Below are positions 36,941-46,236 of a stretch of DNA of 64,000 nt, piece after piece. Numbering within the stretch: position 1 is the stretch's first letter; each line of letters starts with the position of its first letter. The translations under genes and the position numbers were made by a program. The stretch comes from a virus. The stretch is taken from positions 113,774 to 177,773 of IMG/VR virus record IMGVR_UViG_3300014613_000001. One strand, written 5' to 3'. Under the pieces are notes generated by a model, which was not told where the DNA came from, searched no databases, and saw only the letters and a list, made by a program, of their open reading frames with translations.

Positions 36941-37633
36941 GTGACGAACGAGAATTGTCTGAGGGGATTCGAGTGCCCTGAGTGTGGTCACACCGATAAG
37001 TTCTACATCGAATGCACTGTCGTCATGGCTGTGTATGATGACGGGGCCAATGAGACGACGAGTGATGTGGAGTGGAACGATACGTCATACTGTCGTTGTG
37101 CACTGTGCGACCACTTTTCTACAGTACGCGAGTTCGTTGAAAAGGAGGAGAAGGATGAGCTCGCAGAGTATGACAACTTCGAGGAGTGCGATGGGGATGA
37201 CGTGTGGTGTGAGGAAGGTACTCATAGCGTCATCGGAGAGGCTGATGACGATGAGCAGCTCCCAACATACGTTCTGACATCAGACGGCGTGTCGTTCAAG
37301 CCAGGTAAGATCATTACCGAACGCTGGGACCTCCCACCCTCACTCACTGTGTCGAAATGTCTTACCATTCGACCGGAGGCCCGTACCTACCTGTGTGAGC
37401 ACGACATAGACATCCCTCCGCAGGCTGAGGTCTATGTGTGGCGTGAGCACGGGAGTAGCCGTAGGCTGGACTCTGGCGACATCTATGACTCGATGGAGCG
37501 TAGAGTGTTTCTGGCCGGGACGAAGGGTGAGTTCTACTTCGTCGATCTTGAACCACATGCGAACTGGGCGCACCCTTGCTTGTACGTTTTTGTGGAGGAG
37601 GATCACGATGGCAACAAAGACAACCGGAGCTGA
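36941..37633 (+). CDS. Zn-finger acidic hypothetical protein
   Basis: CPEC...CALC; DLEPHANWAHPCLYVFV. Confidence 0.6.
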   Translation: MTNENCLRGFECPECGHTDKFYIECTVVMAVYDDGANETTSDVEWNDTSYCRCALCDHFSTVREFVEKEEKDELAEYDNFEECDGDDVWCEEGTHSVIGEADDDEQLPTYVLTSDGVSFKPGKIITERWDLPPSLTVSKCLTIRPEARTYLCEHDIDIPPQAEVYVWREHGSSRRLDSGDIYDSMERRVFLAGTKGEFYFVDLEPHANWAHPCLYVFVEEDHDGNKDNRS

Positions 37634-37961
37634 GTTCAAACGCTGGTACACCGGACCCTACTGGGAAGGCAACGGGATGTGGCATGAAGAGGAAATAATC
37701 ACAGTCAACGGCGGGGAAGTGGGAGAGCTCGACTCCGATTTGAACAGTGTAGAGGACACAGATGTGCTCACGATCTCAGGGGGGATCATCTATGACGATG
37801 ACGCCATCCCTTATGACCCTGAAAACTCCAAGGACTTCGAGAAGGAGTTTCGAAAATGGAGGAAGCAGCAGAATTTCGTGATCCTGCTGGTGCAAGTGCC
37901 GAAGAGCTTCGAGGGTGAGCTGAGAGACTACTTGAAGACTCTGAAAGGGAAAGTGCTATGA
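37608..37961 (+). CDS. Hypothetical protein
   Basis: GGAGGAG RBS. Confidence 0.6.
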   Translation: MATKTTGAEFKRWYTGPYWEGNGMWHEEEIITVNGGEVGELDSDLNSVEDTDVLTISGGIIYDDDAIPYDPENSKDFEKEFRKWRKQQNFVILLVQVPKSFEGELRDYLKTLKGKVL

Positions 37962-38200
37962 CGGACAACGAAAGGGCACAGGAGTACGCCAACGGAAACG
38001 AGGAGTTCGCTGAGTGGTTGGACGAGCTTGACAAGTTGGTCTCAGACAGGATCACGGTCGGCTTGTTTGATCTCGAGGACATGTGCCTCTGGGATGAGTG
38101 GGAGGCAGGGAGTTCCCCCGAGGACACGATGCGCGAGCTCGTTGCTCCAACGGTCGATCAGAACTACGGGGTCGAGTACGGGGATTTGCTGAGGAGCTGA
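37958..38200 (+). CDS. Hypothetical acidic protein
   Basis: ATGA coupling. Confidence 0.6.
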   Translation: MTDNERAQEYANGNEEFAEWLDELDKLVSDRITVGLFDLEDMCLWDEWEAGSSPEDTMRELVAPTVDQNYGVEYGDLLRS

Positions 38201-38207
38201 GAACGGA

Positions 38208-38633
38208 GTGATCATGTACGAAGTTAGGTCGTTTTCAAGTGCCGAAGAGTTGTTTGAGGAACTCAGGAAAAACAAAGAGCAGTCTGACAGTCTGATTGTC
38301 CCATGGCAGCGGGAGGTCAAGCCCGGTGACCGTGTGATCAGATACGAAGAGGGTCTGGTCATCTACGGCCGGATTACCGACCCCGTGGAGGAGGACAGGA
38401 AGTATTATTCCGACCCGGATCATGATCCGGAGTTTCTGAGTATTAGGGCGTACTTCACGTCTCCTTCTTGGACAGGGTCCTACCGGTACGGCTGGTTCTA
38501 CTCGGCGATGTGTCCAGAGGGAGAGCCCGGCTCCATTCCTCTCGCGACCATAGCTAAGGTGATCGACGAAGCGACCTTTGAAGCAGCGAAGGAGGCTGGC
38601 TGGCCGAGCACGCCGCCTGCGGGCAGAGCATGA
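38208..38633 (+). CDS. Hypothetical phage protein
   Basis: YRYGWFYSAMCPEGEPG motif. Confidence 0.65.
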   Translation: MIMYEVRSFSSAEELFEELRKNKEQSDSLIVPWQREVKPGDRVIRYEEGLVIYGRITDPVEEDRKYYSDPDHDPEFLSIRAYFTSPSWTGSYRYGWFYSAMCPEGEPGSIPLATIAKVIDEATFEAAKEAGWPSTPPAGRA

Positions 38634-38875
38634 CCCGCTTTGTCGTGTGCATCGACTTCTACGGCGTCGACGGTGTAGGAGAGGCATACCGGCGGCTCCG
38701 AAAGGTCATGGAGGCCGGGCACAAACAAGGTTTACAGTTCGAGTGGGAGACTTCAGACGAGGCGTACTACGACACCGGAGATCGTATCGACGAAGACGAG
38801 CTTCAGCAGGCTATCGTCGAGGTACTGGACGAAGAAGGTGTAGACGAGGAGTGTGCACCGATCCTTGAGGAGTAG
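38630..38875 (+). CDS. Hypothetical acidic protein
   Basis: ATGA coupling. Confidence 0.6.
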   Translation: MTRFVVCIDFYGVDGVGEAYRRLRKVMEAGHKQGLQFEWETSDEAYYDTGDRIDEDELQQAIVEVLDEEGVDEECAPILEE

Positions 38876-39175
38876 GTGATGGGCTATCAGAGTTGTGCAT
38901 GCCCGGGCTGCTTCGAGATCGTGATCAGCAGCGGAGGTCTCGATTTCTGTGATGAGTGCGGCGAGGCAGGCTGTGCTGATCGGTGGGCACTAAATGGCGA
39001 TCCCGAAGATCACCCAGAGATGTGGGTGTCAGATGATGGCACGCTGTTCAACATCGAAAAGTACACTCAGCAGCTCGAAGAAGATCAGGGGGCGGAGTGC
39101 TTGATCGAACGGTGTGCGTGTGGTGGAAACCTGAGTAGGGGAGAGTGTTACTGCGAGGAGGTCTGTTGGCCATGA
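38876..39175 (+). CDS. Cys-rich hypothetical protein
   Basis: Multiple CxC/CxxC motifs. Confidence 0.55.
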   Translation: MMGYQSCACPGCFEIVISSGGLDFCDECGEAGCADRWALNGDPEDHPEMWVSDDGTLFNIEKYTQQLEEDQGAECLIERCACGGNLSRGECYCEEVCWP

Positions 39176-39221
39176 TGGTGCGCCGCAGGCACTGAAGAGA
39201 GCAGCTGAGGAGCGAGAGAAG

Positions 39222-39467
39222 ATGAGAGTGCTGAAAAAGGGGCGTACTCAGACGGGTTGGTCCAAGAAGGCAAAGTGTACTGGGTGTGGAAATGGCGGCG
39301 GAGGATGCGGCGCGGAGCTCCTCGTGTCAGCGGGTGATCTGTACTATACGTACAGTCATGCTCGAGATGAGACTGATCAGTACACGACCTTCCGCTGTCC
39401 CGACTGCGGCGTACAAACGGATATGGTGGGGGTACCAGGATCAGTAGAGGTCAGGAACAAAGAATGA
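39222..39467 (+). CDS. Zn-ribbon protein
   Basis: CTGCGNGGGGCGAEL...CPDC. Confidence 0.65.
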   Translation: MRVLKKGRTQTGWSKKAKCTGCGNGGGGCGAELLVSAGDLYYTYSHARDETDQYTTFRCPDCGVQTDMVGVPGSVEVRNKE

Positions 39468-39745
39468 CAGTGTGTGTGAGGTGCGGCTTAGTAACGGACG
39501 GTGTTTCACTATGCACACCGTGTATGGACGTCATCAAGAACGAGAGGTATGAGGAACGGTGGGTCGACAATATCATCTACGGCCTGCGGATCATGCAGCG
39601 ACATGGTGACGTCGATATAGGGGCGGCGCACGATGTGCTCTTCGCTGGGATAGCGGATGCCGAGGGCATTCCGGAGGCGGATCAAAAGATACTGAGAAAG
39701 CTGAACTGGAGGACGGAGCTCGAGGGCTGGGCAGTCTACCTGTAG
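39464..39745 (+). CDS. Hypothetical protein
   Basis: CVRC...CTPC; coupled start. Confidence 0.6.
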   Translation: MTVCVRCGLVTDGVSLCTPCMDVIKNERYEERWVDNIIYGLRIMQRHGDVDIGAAHDVLFAGIADAEGIPEADQKILRKLNWRTELEGWAVYL

Positions 39746-39755
39746 GAGAAGACAG

Positions 39756-40451
39756 ATGGGATGTGACATTCACTGCTACGTTGAGGTACGCGGCAGCGAC
39801 GGAAAATGGCAGTTCACGGACGACGGGTACTTTGCACGGCGACCAGATTATGGAGCAAATGATATAGGCACCCTCAAGGCGTGATGGAATGACAGGCCGA
39901 AGTATCTCTATGAAGGGAGAAACTATAATCTCTTCTCCATCTTGGCAAATGTACGGAACGGGTATGGTTTTGCCGGCTTCAGGACCGGAGATGGGTTTGT
40001 GCCAATCTTCAATCCCCGCGGCGTGCCCGAGGACGCAAGCCCTGAGTTTGTGGAGATCTCGGACGGGTGGGGTGGCGATGGGCACAGTCACAGCTACCTT
40101 ACCGTTCGGGAGTTGCTCGACTATGATTGGGATCAACAAACCCGGCTATGTGGCTGGGTTGGCGAGGAAGAATACGTCAAGTGGCGTGATAAAGGATCAC
40201 CGAGCAGCTGGGTCGGTGGCATTTCTGGCCAATGTGTCAAGCACGTAACAAACGAGGAGATGGAACAGCATATCTGCGAGAAGCAGGCTCACGTACCTCA
40301 GGCTCACAGTGCCGACGCTGTGTTTACAGAGGTCTCCTGGGGTACCTCGTATCGGGAGTGTGCTTCTGTGTTCTTGGAAGAGACCCTGCCCGCCCTCCAA
40401 GAACTCGGTCCGTCCAAAGATGTACGGATCGTTTTCTTCTTCGACAATTGA
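39756..40451 (+). pseudogene. MGCDIH-family phage protein interrupted by one in-frame TGA (39882-39884)
   Basis: MGCDIHCYVE... continues in frame through TGA into GRNYNLFSILANVRN...HSHSYLTVRELLDYDW. Confidence 0.75.
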
Positions 40452-40460
40452 TCTGTTCTC

Positions 40461-40491
40461 ATACCAGCTGGGAGGTTTAGTGATCCTAGAC
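40461..40491 (+). repeat. 31-nt hairpin repeat, copy D
   Basis: ATACCAG CTGGGA GGTTTAGTGA TCCTAG AC. Confidence 0.9.
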
Positions 40492-40540
40492 CCCACGCCA
40501 CGACACCTACCCTCGTTCATCACCAACAAAGGAGAAAATC

Positions 40541-42550
40541 ATGTTCAAAGAATTCAAGATTGCCATAGAGCGACAGTTCGAGTTGATGAAGGGTCATCAG
40601 CTCTTCCGCACAGAAGTGGAGAAAGAACTCCTGTGGCTCACCTACCTCGAGAGCTTCCCTCCGGGAACCAATCCACAGTACAAAGAACGCACCGAGTACG
40701 ACTGCCAGGCGTGCAAGAGCTTCATCCGCGCCGTGGGCAGCATGGTTGCCGTCATCGACGGTGAGCTGGTCTCCCTGTGGGACGTGGAGGTGAACCGCCC
40801 CTACGACAAGGTGGCCGCGGAGTTGTCGGAGCTTGCGAAGAGCGCTCCGATCAAGAACATCCTACTTCACGATTCCGCTTTGGTCGGTGTCGACAAGAAC
40901 TTTCAGGATCTCGATGGGGAGATACTGACCTGGGAGCACTTCTACCTCAAGCTCCCACCGTCCTGTGTCAATAATGATCGTGGAGCCGTTTACGCGGACA
41001 AGCGATCGCAGAAGGATGTCTTCGCTCGGTCGCTTCAAGAGATCACTATCGACGCCCTCGAGACCGTGGTCGATCTCATCGGGCAGAACTCGCTCTATCG
41101 GGGGGAGGAGCATCTGCACTCGGTGCAATCGTTCCAGAAGGAGAAGAAGGCCTACGACAAGCTCGAGACCCCTCGGGCACAAGAGCTCTTCTGCTGGCGG
41201 CAGGATCTGGGCCCGGCAGTTACGAGGATCCGTAGCTCTGCCATCGGCACGTTGCTGGTTGACCTCTCGGAGGGCGAGGATTTGGACGCCGCGGTACGGA
41301 TGTTCGAGTCCAAGGTGGCTCCCTCCAACTACAAGCGTCCCAAGTCTATCGTGACCAAAGCCATGATCGAGCGCGCTCGTAAGACCGTGGAGGAGCTTGG
41401 CTATGGTACGGCCCTCGGTCGTCGGTTCGCGGTCATTGACGACATCACGGTTGACAACGTGCTGTTCGCGAATCGCAACGCGCGGATCAGTATGAGCACC
41501 GACGTCTTTGACGATATGATCTCCGAGACGCCTGGGGATACGAAGCACCTCGACAGGGTCGAAAAGGTCGACATCAACGTCTTCCTCGAGAACATCCTCC
41601 CGAAGGCGACCTCGGTCGAGCTGCTGCTCGAGGGTCGTCACAGCGGCAACTTGGTGAACCTGGTCGCCCCGAGCGATCCAGAGTCCAAGCTGCTCTTCAA
41701 GTGGACCAACAACTTTTCATGGGCCTACGCGGGGGATCTGGCTGATTCGATCAAGGAAAGAGTCAAAGCGCGGGGCGGCAGTGTGACTGGCGATTTCCGC
41801 GCTTCGCTGGCGTGGTTCAACTCTGACGACCTGGATCTTCACCTGATTGAGCCTAGTGGATTCCGCATCTACTTCGGAAACAAAGGCTCCCCCGCAACGG
41901 GCGGTACACTAGATGTAGACATGAACGTCTACGCGTCGGGTCTAGGGTTCTCCCGAAACGCTGTCGAGAATATCACCTACGAATCCCGGAGCAGGATGCG
42001 CAGCGGAGTGTACAAGCTCATTGTCAACAACTACACGCATCGAGAACACATCGACGTGGGGTTCGAGGTCGAGCTCGAGTTCGACGGTCGGATCACGACT
42101 TTCGCCTGTAACCGAGAGGTCCGTTATAAGGAGGACGTGGTGGTGGCGGTCTTCTCCTATTCACCGAGCGAGGGCATCAAGATTCTGCAGTCTCTGCCGA
42201 TGCAGAGCGTCTCGAGGACGCTGTGGAATCTACCGACCGAGAAGTTCCACCCCGTCACCATCGCTCTGCTGTCGCCCAACCACTGGGATAACCGTCCCAC
42301 CGGCAACAAGCACTACTTCTTCATGTTGCAGGATTGCAAACGGGAAGGAAGCTCGAGGGGCTTCTTCAATGAGCAGCTCTCGGATGATCTTCGAGAACAT
42401 AGAAAGGTGTTCGAGATTCTCGGGGCCAAGATGAGGACAGAGGAGGAGGGCGAGCAGCTCAGCGGGCTCGGCTTCTCTTCAACACAGCGGAGCAGCGTGT
42501 ACGCCAAGGTGACTGGTTCGTTCACCCGAATCGTCAATGTCACGTTCTAG
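40541..42550 (+). CDS. Large conserved phage protein with YfaP/DUF2135-like C-terminal domain
   Basis: 669 aa; YDCQACKSFIR; WFNSDDLDLHLIEP...GGTLDVDMN...AVENI. Confidence 0.75.
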   Translation: MFKEFKIAIERQFELMKGHQLFRTEVEKELLWLTYLESFPPGTNPQYKERTEYDCQACKSFIRAVGSMVAVIDGELVSLWDVEVNRPYDKVAAELSELAKSAPIKNILLHDSALVGVDKNFQDLDGEILTWEHFYLKLPPSCVNNDRGAVYADKRSQKDVFARSLQEITIDALETVVDLIGQNSLYRGEEHLHSVQSFQKEKKAYDKLETPRAQELFCWRQDLGPAVTRIRSSAIGTLLVDLSEGEDLDAAVRMFESKVAPSNYKRPKSIVTKAMIERARKTVEELGYGTALGRRFAVIDDITVDNVLFANRNARISMSTDVFDDMISETPGDTKHLDRVEKVDINVFLENILPKATSVELLLEGRHSGNLVNLVAPSDPESKLLFKWTNNFSWAYAGDLADSIKERVKARGGSVTGDFRASLAWFNSDDLDLHLIEPSGFRIYFGNKGSPATGGTLDVDMNVYASGLGFSRNAVENITYESRSRMRSGVYKLIVNNYTHREHIDVGFEVELEFDGRITTFACNREVRYKEDVVVAVFSYSPSEGIKILQSLPMQSVSRTLWNLPTEKFHPVTIALLSPNHWDNRPTGNKHYFFMLQDCKREGSSRGFFNEQLSDDLREHRKVFEILGAKMRTEEEGEQLSGLGFSSTQRSSVYAKVTGSFTRIVNVTF

Positions 42551-42580
42551 TCTGAGATCAATAAGCCTCTCAGCTGGCAT
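42550..42580 (-). repeat. 31-nt hairpin repeat, copy E
   Basis: Reverse strand ATGCCAG CTGAGA GGCTTATTGA TCTCAG AC; overlaps the preceding TAG. Confidence 0.9.
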
Positions 42581-42597
42581 TAGCAAATCCTGATCAG

Positions 42598-42632
42598 AGC
42601 TTATGCTCGTCAGGTACATTGTCAATAAAAAA
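42598..42632 (-). promoter_or_regulatory. Leftward sigma70-like promoter feeding repeat E
   Basis: Identical to 28427-28461: TTGACA-16 nt-TAAGCT. Confidence 0.65.
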
Positions 42633-42637
42633 CATGT

Positions 42638-42668
42638 ATGCCTGCTGGGAGGCTTAGTGATCCCAGAC
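42638..42668 (+). repeat. 31-nt hairpin repeat, copy F
   Basis: ATGCCTG CTGGGA GGCTTAGTGA TCCCAG AC. Confidence 0.9.
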
Positions 42669-42714
42669 TATAGGAGAAAACGCGTGTGTCTGAGACCAGA
42701 AGGAGAGAGAGAAC

Positions 42715-42936
42715 ATGAGTGAACGTGCGCCAGATGGCATGAGCAGGGAAACATGGGAAGCCGTCGTCTCAGACGGGTTTGGTGTGGCGATCAAGAATGA
42801 TGCCGGGCAGTGGGTGAGGGTCGATCCGAAGTCGGTCTTCATCTACGATGCTCGTCAGGAGGAGCCCCACTTCTATGGCGATGACGGACCACCCGGCCGG
42901 GTAATCAGGGACAGGAGCTGGGGAGGAACCGAGTAG
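42715..42936 (+). CDS. Hypothetical protein
   Basis: AAGGAG RBS. Confidence 0.55.
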   Translation: MSERAPDGMSRETWEAVVSDGFGVAIKNDAGQWVRVDPKSVFIYDARQEEPHFYGDDGPPGRVIRDRSWGGTE

Positions 42937-42952
42937 ATTCCCCAGCAGAGAA

Positions 42953-42974
42953 AGAGAGAGAGAGAGAGAGAGAG
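42953..42974 (+). repeat. (AG)11 simple sequence repeat in a ribosome-binding region
   Basis: Directly upstream of ATG 42978. Confidence 0.9.
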
Positions 42975-42977
42975 AAC

Positions 42978-43499
42978 ATGAGTGAAGAGATCAGCCCGAT
43001 TGGACCGATGAGAGTGCAACTAGAGAAGGACGATTATACGTTCCCCCTGAAAAACGTTGTCCCGTGGGAGGACTGGAAGAAGATCACGGAGACCATTCCC
43101 GAGGATATGTGCTGGCGTAAATCAGCACTGCGTCAGAATGGGGTGTTCGACAGCTTGAAGCTCGGTAACGCTGTTGCGTGTTCGAGTCACACATCCAAGA
43201 GCTGCAAGCTGCCCGTGGTTCGAGGGGTCGTGGCGCCCGGGGTCGTCGTGATCATCCGGGGTAATTTCTATGACTGGAAAGTTAGTGTCATCAGCGATCA
43301 TCCTCTCCCGGGGATCGACGACACCTACCTCTTCGAACCAGAGACGCATCACAGGTCCGTCTACTTCGAGGGCTTCGATAATGCCTGGTGCTTCGGCAGC
43401 TACAAGAACAATCAGCAGCAGTTCTCGGTAGAGCTCGAGTATGACCCACTGCGGCTGTACACTTTCGTTCGAGAACTGCGCCGCGTCAGTACCCGCTGA
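42978..43499 (+). CDS. Hypothetical phage protein
   Basis: VVGxHTSKS-like segment (ACSSHTSKSCKLPV); RGNFYDWKVSV; YFEGF. Confidence 0.65.
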   Translation: MSEEISPIGPMRVQLEKDDYTFPLKNVVPWEDWKKITETIPEDMCWRKSALRQNGVFDSLKLGNAVACSSHTSKSCKLPVVRGVVAPGVVVIIRGNFYDWKVSVISDHPLPGIDDTYLFEPETHHRSVYFEGFDNAWCFGSYKNNQQQFSVELEYDPLRLYTFVRELRRVSTR

Positions 43500-43508
43500 C
43501 CAACGCGT

Positions 43509-43539
43509 ATGCCAGCTGGGAGGCTTAGTGATCCCAGAC
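43509..43539 (+). repeat. 31-nt hairpin repeat, copy G
   Basis: ATGCCAG CTGGGA GGCTTAGTGA TCCCAG AC. Confidence 0.9.
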
Positions 43540-43597
43540 GGGACCCCGCAGTCGGCCTCCGCCCTACCTAAATAGTGATCGGGAGGTACCGTGAACA

Positions 43598-43984
43598 ATG
43601 GAAGATAAATACCGGGACTGGATCGACGCGAATGTAGACGACGATGGGTTCGGGCTCTGCCAAGAGTATGCAGAGTTGATGGCAGGGGAATTCCCTGAGC
43701 TCAGGGCCGTCTATGGATACTACAATATCGATGACCGGTCGTTTCCGCACTGCTGGTGTGTGGACACAGACGGAAATGTCATAGATCCGACCGTAGAGCA
43801 GTTTGGAACCGGCGGCCAGTATGTACAGAAGAGGAACATCACCGACATACCAGATCAACTGCGTAAGATCGCTCACGAGGCGGCCAAGCTCATCGTGAGC
43901 GAAGATAAAGCAGGAACTGTGTACGAGGCATGGCTCGTGCTCTGCATCATCCGGAATTTCGAGAAATTGATCGCGCGAGAGTAG
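43598..43984 (+). CDS. Small protein with Cys...His-x-Trp (papain/transglutaminase-like) pattern
   Basis: GLC...PHCWC...IDPTVEQF. Confidence 0.55.
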   Translation: MEDKYRDWIDANVDDDGFGLCQEYAELMAGEFPELRAVYGYYNIDDRSFPHCWCVDTDGNVIDPTVEQFGTGGQYVQKRNITDIPDQLRKIAHEAAKLIVSEDKAGTVYEAWLVLCIIRNFEKLIARE

Positions 43985-43994
43985 ACCGTGTGAT

Positions 43995-44025
43995 CTCTGA
44001 GATCGATAAGCCCCTCAGATGGCAT
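43995..44025 (-). repeat. 31-nt hairpin repeat, copy H
   Basis: Reverse strand ATGCCAT CTGAGG GGCTTATCGA TCTCAG AG. Confidence 0.85.
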
Positions 44026-44042
44026 TAGCAAATCTTGATCAG

Positions 44043-44076
44043 AGCTTACACGCGTCAGGTGCGTTGTCAACAAAAA
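44043..44076 (-). promoter_or_regulatory. Leftward sigma70-like promoter feeding repeat H
   Basis: TTGACA (44070-44065), 16 nt, TAAGCT (44048-44043); spacer diverged from B/E while both boxes are kept. Confidence 0.65.
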
Positions 44077-44087
44077 GGGAGAAGAAC

Positions 44088-44480
44088 ATGTTCGAGAAAG
44101 CAGCACGATTGAAGTTGCGGTACGACACCGGTCGTGGCCGCCTAAGCGTTGAAGATCTGTGGGACCTGCCCCTGCTCAGCAATAAGCACGGCGTCGTGTG
44201 CTTGGACGATGTAGCCAAGGAACTCCATCGTGAGATGAAGGACAGCGACGAAGAGAGCTTCGTGATCCAGACATCTGAGCCTAACGAGGAGCTCAAGCTC
44301 AAGTTCGAGATCGTCAAGCACATCATCCGCGTTCGGCTCGCCGAGGAGGCAGCCAAGAAGAACGCCGCACTGATCGCGGAGAAGAAGCAGCAGATCATGG
44401 CGATCATGGTCGAGAAAGAGACGGAGACCCTGAAGGGGTCGAGCCTCGAGGAGCTTCGAGCTCTTCTCGCAGCCCTGTAG
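44088..44480 (+). CDS. Conserved phage protein (MFEKAARLKLRY...SVEDLWDL family)
   Basis: Recognisable N-terminal motif; C-terminal coiled coil. Confidence 0.7.
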   Translation: MFEKAARLKLRYDTGRGRLSVEDLWDLPLLSNKHGVVCLDDVAKELHREMKDSDEESFVIQTSEPNEELKLKFEIVKHIIRVRLAEEAAKKNAALIAEKKQQIMAIMVEKETETLKGSSLEELRALLAAL

Positions 44481-44496
44481 GCCTGAAACTTCATCC

Positions 44497-44539
44497 GGGG
44501 CACAGCTCTTCTGACAGCCGGTCAGGGGGGCTGTGCCCC
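44497..44539. other. Long intergenic hairpin before the methyltransferase gene
   Basis: GGGGCACAGC-TCTT-CTGAC / GTCAG-GGGG-GCTGTGCCCC. Confidence 0.7.
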
Positions 44540-44559
44540 ATCGTCCCGTAGGAGATCAA

Positions 44560-46236
44560 GTGCTAAATAAACAAACCCATGGCGCGATATTCACGGCGTT
44601 CTTTCCGTTCTGCGGGTTGGGTGCCGGTGCGTTGGGTTTTCTTGACGCTCGGGTTACCGTCCTTGGTCGTCCCGCCAAGTTCGTCAGTCTCGGTGGGATC
44701 GACATTGATCAAGAAGCGTGTCAGGACTTCGAACGACTCACAGGAAGCCCTGCTCTCTGCGCTGATATGCACGACCTCACAGCTCATGACATCAGGAGCT
44801 TCGTTGGTCAGCGCGCTCCTGATGTCGTATTCAGCTCGCCGCCCTGTAAATCATTCAGCGCGTTGCTCTCCGACAAGATCGCGTCGCAAGAGAAATATCA
44901 GAAACTCAGTCGTCTGGTCATTCGGTGGGTGGAGCTCATGATCCACACCTGGTCTGATGAGCCTCCACGCCTGATCATCATGGAGAACGTTCCGCGCATC
45001 ACCTCGAGGGGCAGGAGATTCCTCGAGGAAGTACACGCGATTCTGGAAAATGCGGGGTACTGTATCCACGAGGGTTTTCACGATTGCGGAGAGATTGGCG
45101 GCTTGGCGCAGCATCGTCGACGGTTTCTCATGGTCGCCCGTCTACCCCGTCGCTGTCCCCCCTTCCTCTATAAGCCGCAGCGCCTACGGGTCCGCGGGTG
45201 CGGTGAAGTCCTCGAGAAGTTGCCCGTCCCAGGTACTTTGGAGGCGGCTCACTTTGGTAAGTTGCATCACTTACCGGGGATCAGTTGGATCAACTGGGTA
45301 CGCTTGGCGCTGATCCCGGCCGGCGGCGATTGGAGAGATCTCCCGCGTGTGCTGGAGTCTCAACTTGGGAGCATGGTAGACAACCCCAACAGGTACACGA
45401 ACAAGTATCGTGTGGAGGACTGGAGTGCTCCGGCCAAGACCGTCATCGGAGCGACTCGACCCGGGTCCGGGGCAGCCTGTGTTGCTGACCCTAGAACCGC
45501 AGAGTGGCATTCTGGAGTCCTCGGGGTACGTGAGTGGAACAAACCGGCCGGAGCCGTTACCAGCCGCTCAGGGCCCAGCAATGGGGAGTTCTCCGTCGCT
45601 GACCCGAGGCTCACCTGTAGCCCTTGGGGCGGTGCATACGGTGTCAGCGGATGGGAGGATCCTGCTCCGACCGTGACCGGGGGCCGTCTGGACAATTCCG
45701 GGGTCTCGGTGGCCGACATCCGGGTGAAACAAGCCTTCGATCATGGGTATAAGGTACTCAGATGGACTGATCCTAGTTTCACCGTCGCCGGGCAGACCTC
45801 GTGTGGTTATGGAGCGTTCCAGGTAGCAGATCCCCGCGTAGATCAAGCTGTAGGGCGCCGTATTGTGTTCGAACAGCTTCTATCTGTTTGGGATGGCGAC
45901 CCCAAAAAAGCTCCGCCCTTCATACCAGTGATCGTCTGCCCCGATAATTGCTGGCATCGCCCAATGACGCCGATGGAGCTGGCGATTTTACAAGGCTTAC
46001 CGACGGAGCTGGATGGGCGCCCCCTCGGGCTGTCGGGCAACTCCGTGAGTCGATGGAGAGAAAGAATAGGGAACGCGGTCCCGGTGCAGACCGCTGAAGC
46101 TGTAGCCACAAAGATGCTGATCGCGTTGCTGGAAACAGAGCTCTACGGTGCCGATCCTGTCCGTCGCGGTGAGGAGAGGTGGGTCGAGGAGCTCTTTGGA
46201 GGATCAAATGGTAGACGAGGAACATGTGGAGCCTGA
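44560..46236 (+). CDS. C5 cytosine DNA methyltransferase
   Basis: Motif I FCGLGAG; IV SPPCKSFS; VI MENVP; VIII QHRRR; X RIGNAVP; long repeated variable region. Confidence 0.9.
   Translation: MLNKQTHGAIFTAFFPFCGLGAGALGFLDARVTVLGRPAKFVSLGGIDIDQEACQDFERLTGSPALCADMHDLTAHDIRSFVGQRAPDVVFSSPPCKSFSALLSDKIASQEKYQKLSRLVIRWVELMIHTWSDEPPRLIIMENVPRITSRGRRFLEEVHAILENAGYCIHEGFHDCGEIGGLAQHRRRFLMVARLPRRCPPFLYKPQRLRVRGCGEVLEKLPVPGTLEAAHFGKLHHLPGISWINWVRLALIPAGGDWRDLPRVLESQLGSMVDNPNRYTNKYRVEDWSAPAKTVIGATRPGSGAACVADPRTAEWHSGVLGVREWNKPAGAVTSRSGPSNGEFSVADPRLTCSPWGGAYGVSGWEDPAPTVTGGRLDNSGVSVADIRVKQAFDHGYKVLRWTDPSFTVAGQTSCGYGAFQVADPRVDQAVGRRIVFEQLLSVWDGDPKKAPPFIPVIVCPDNCWHRPMTPMELAILQGLPTELDGRPLGLSGNSVSRWRERIGNAVPVQTAEAVATKMLIALLETELYGADPVRRGEERWVEELFGGSNGRRGTCGA

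Noticed and set aside
38196-38213. CTGAGA-ACGGAGTGA-TC similarity to the repeat
   Set aside because: Explained by stop codon, RBS and start codon; no complementary arm.
42550-44025. Calling the repeat cluster E-F-G-H a CRISPR array
   Set aside because: Spacing is 57-840 nt, orientations are mixed, whole genes lie between copies, and no cas genes are in the window.
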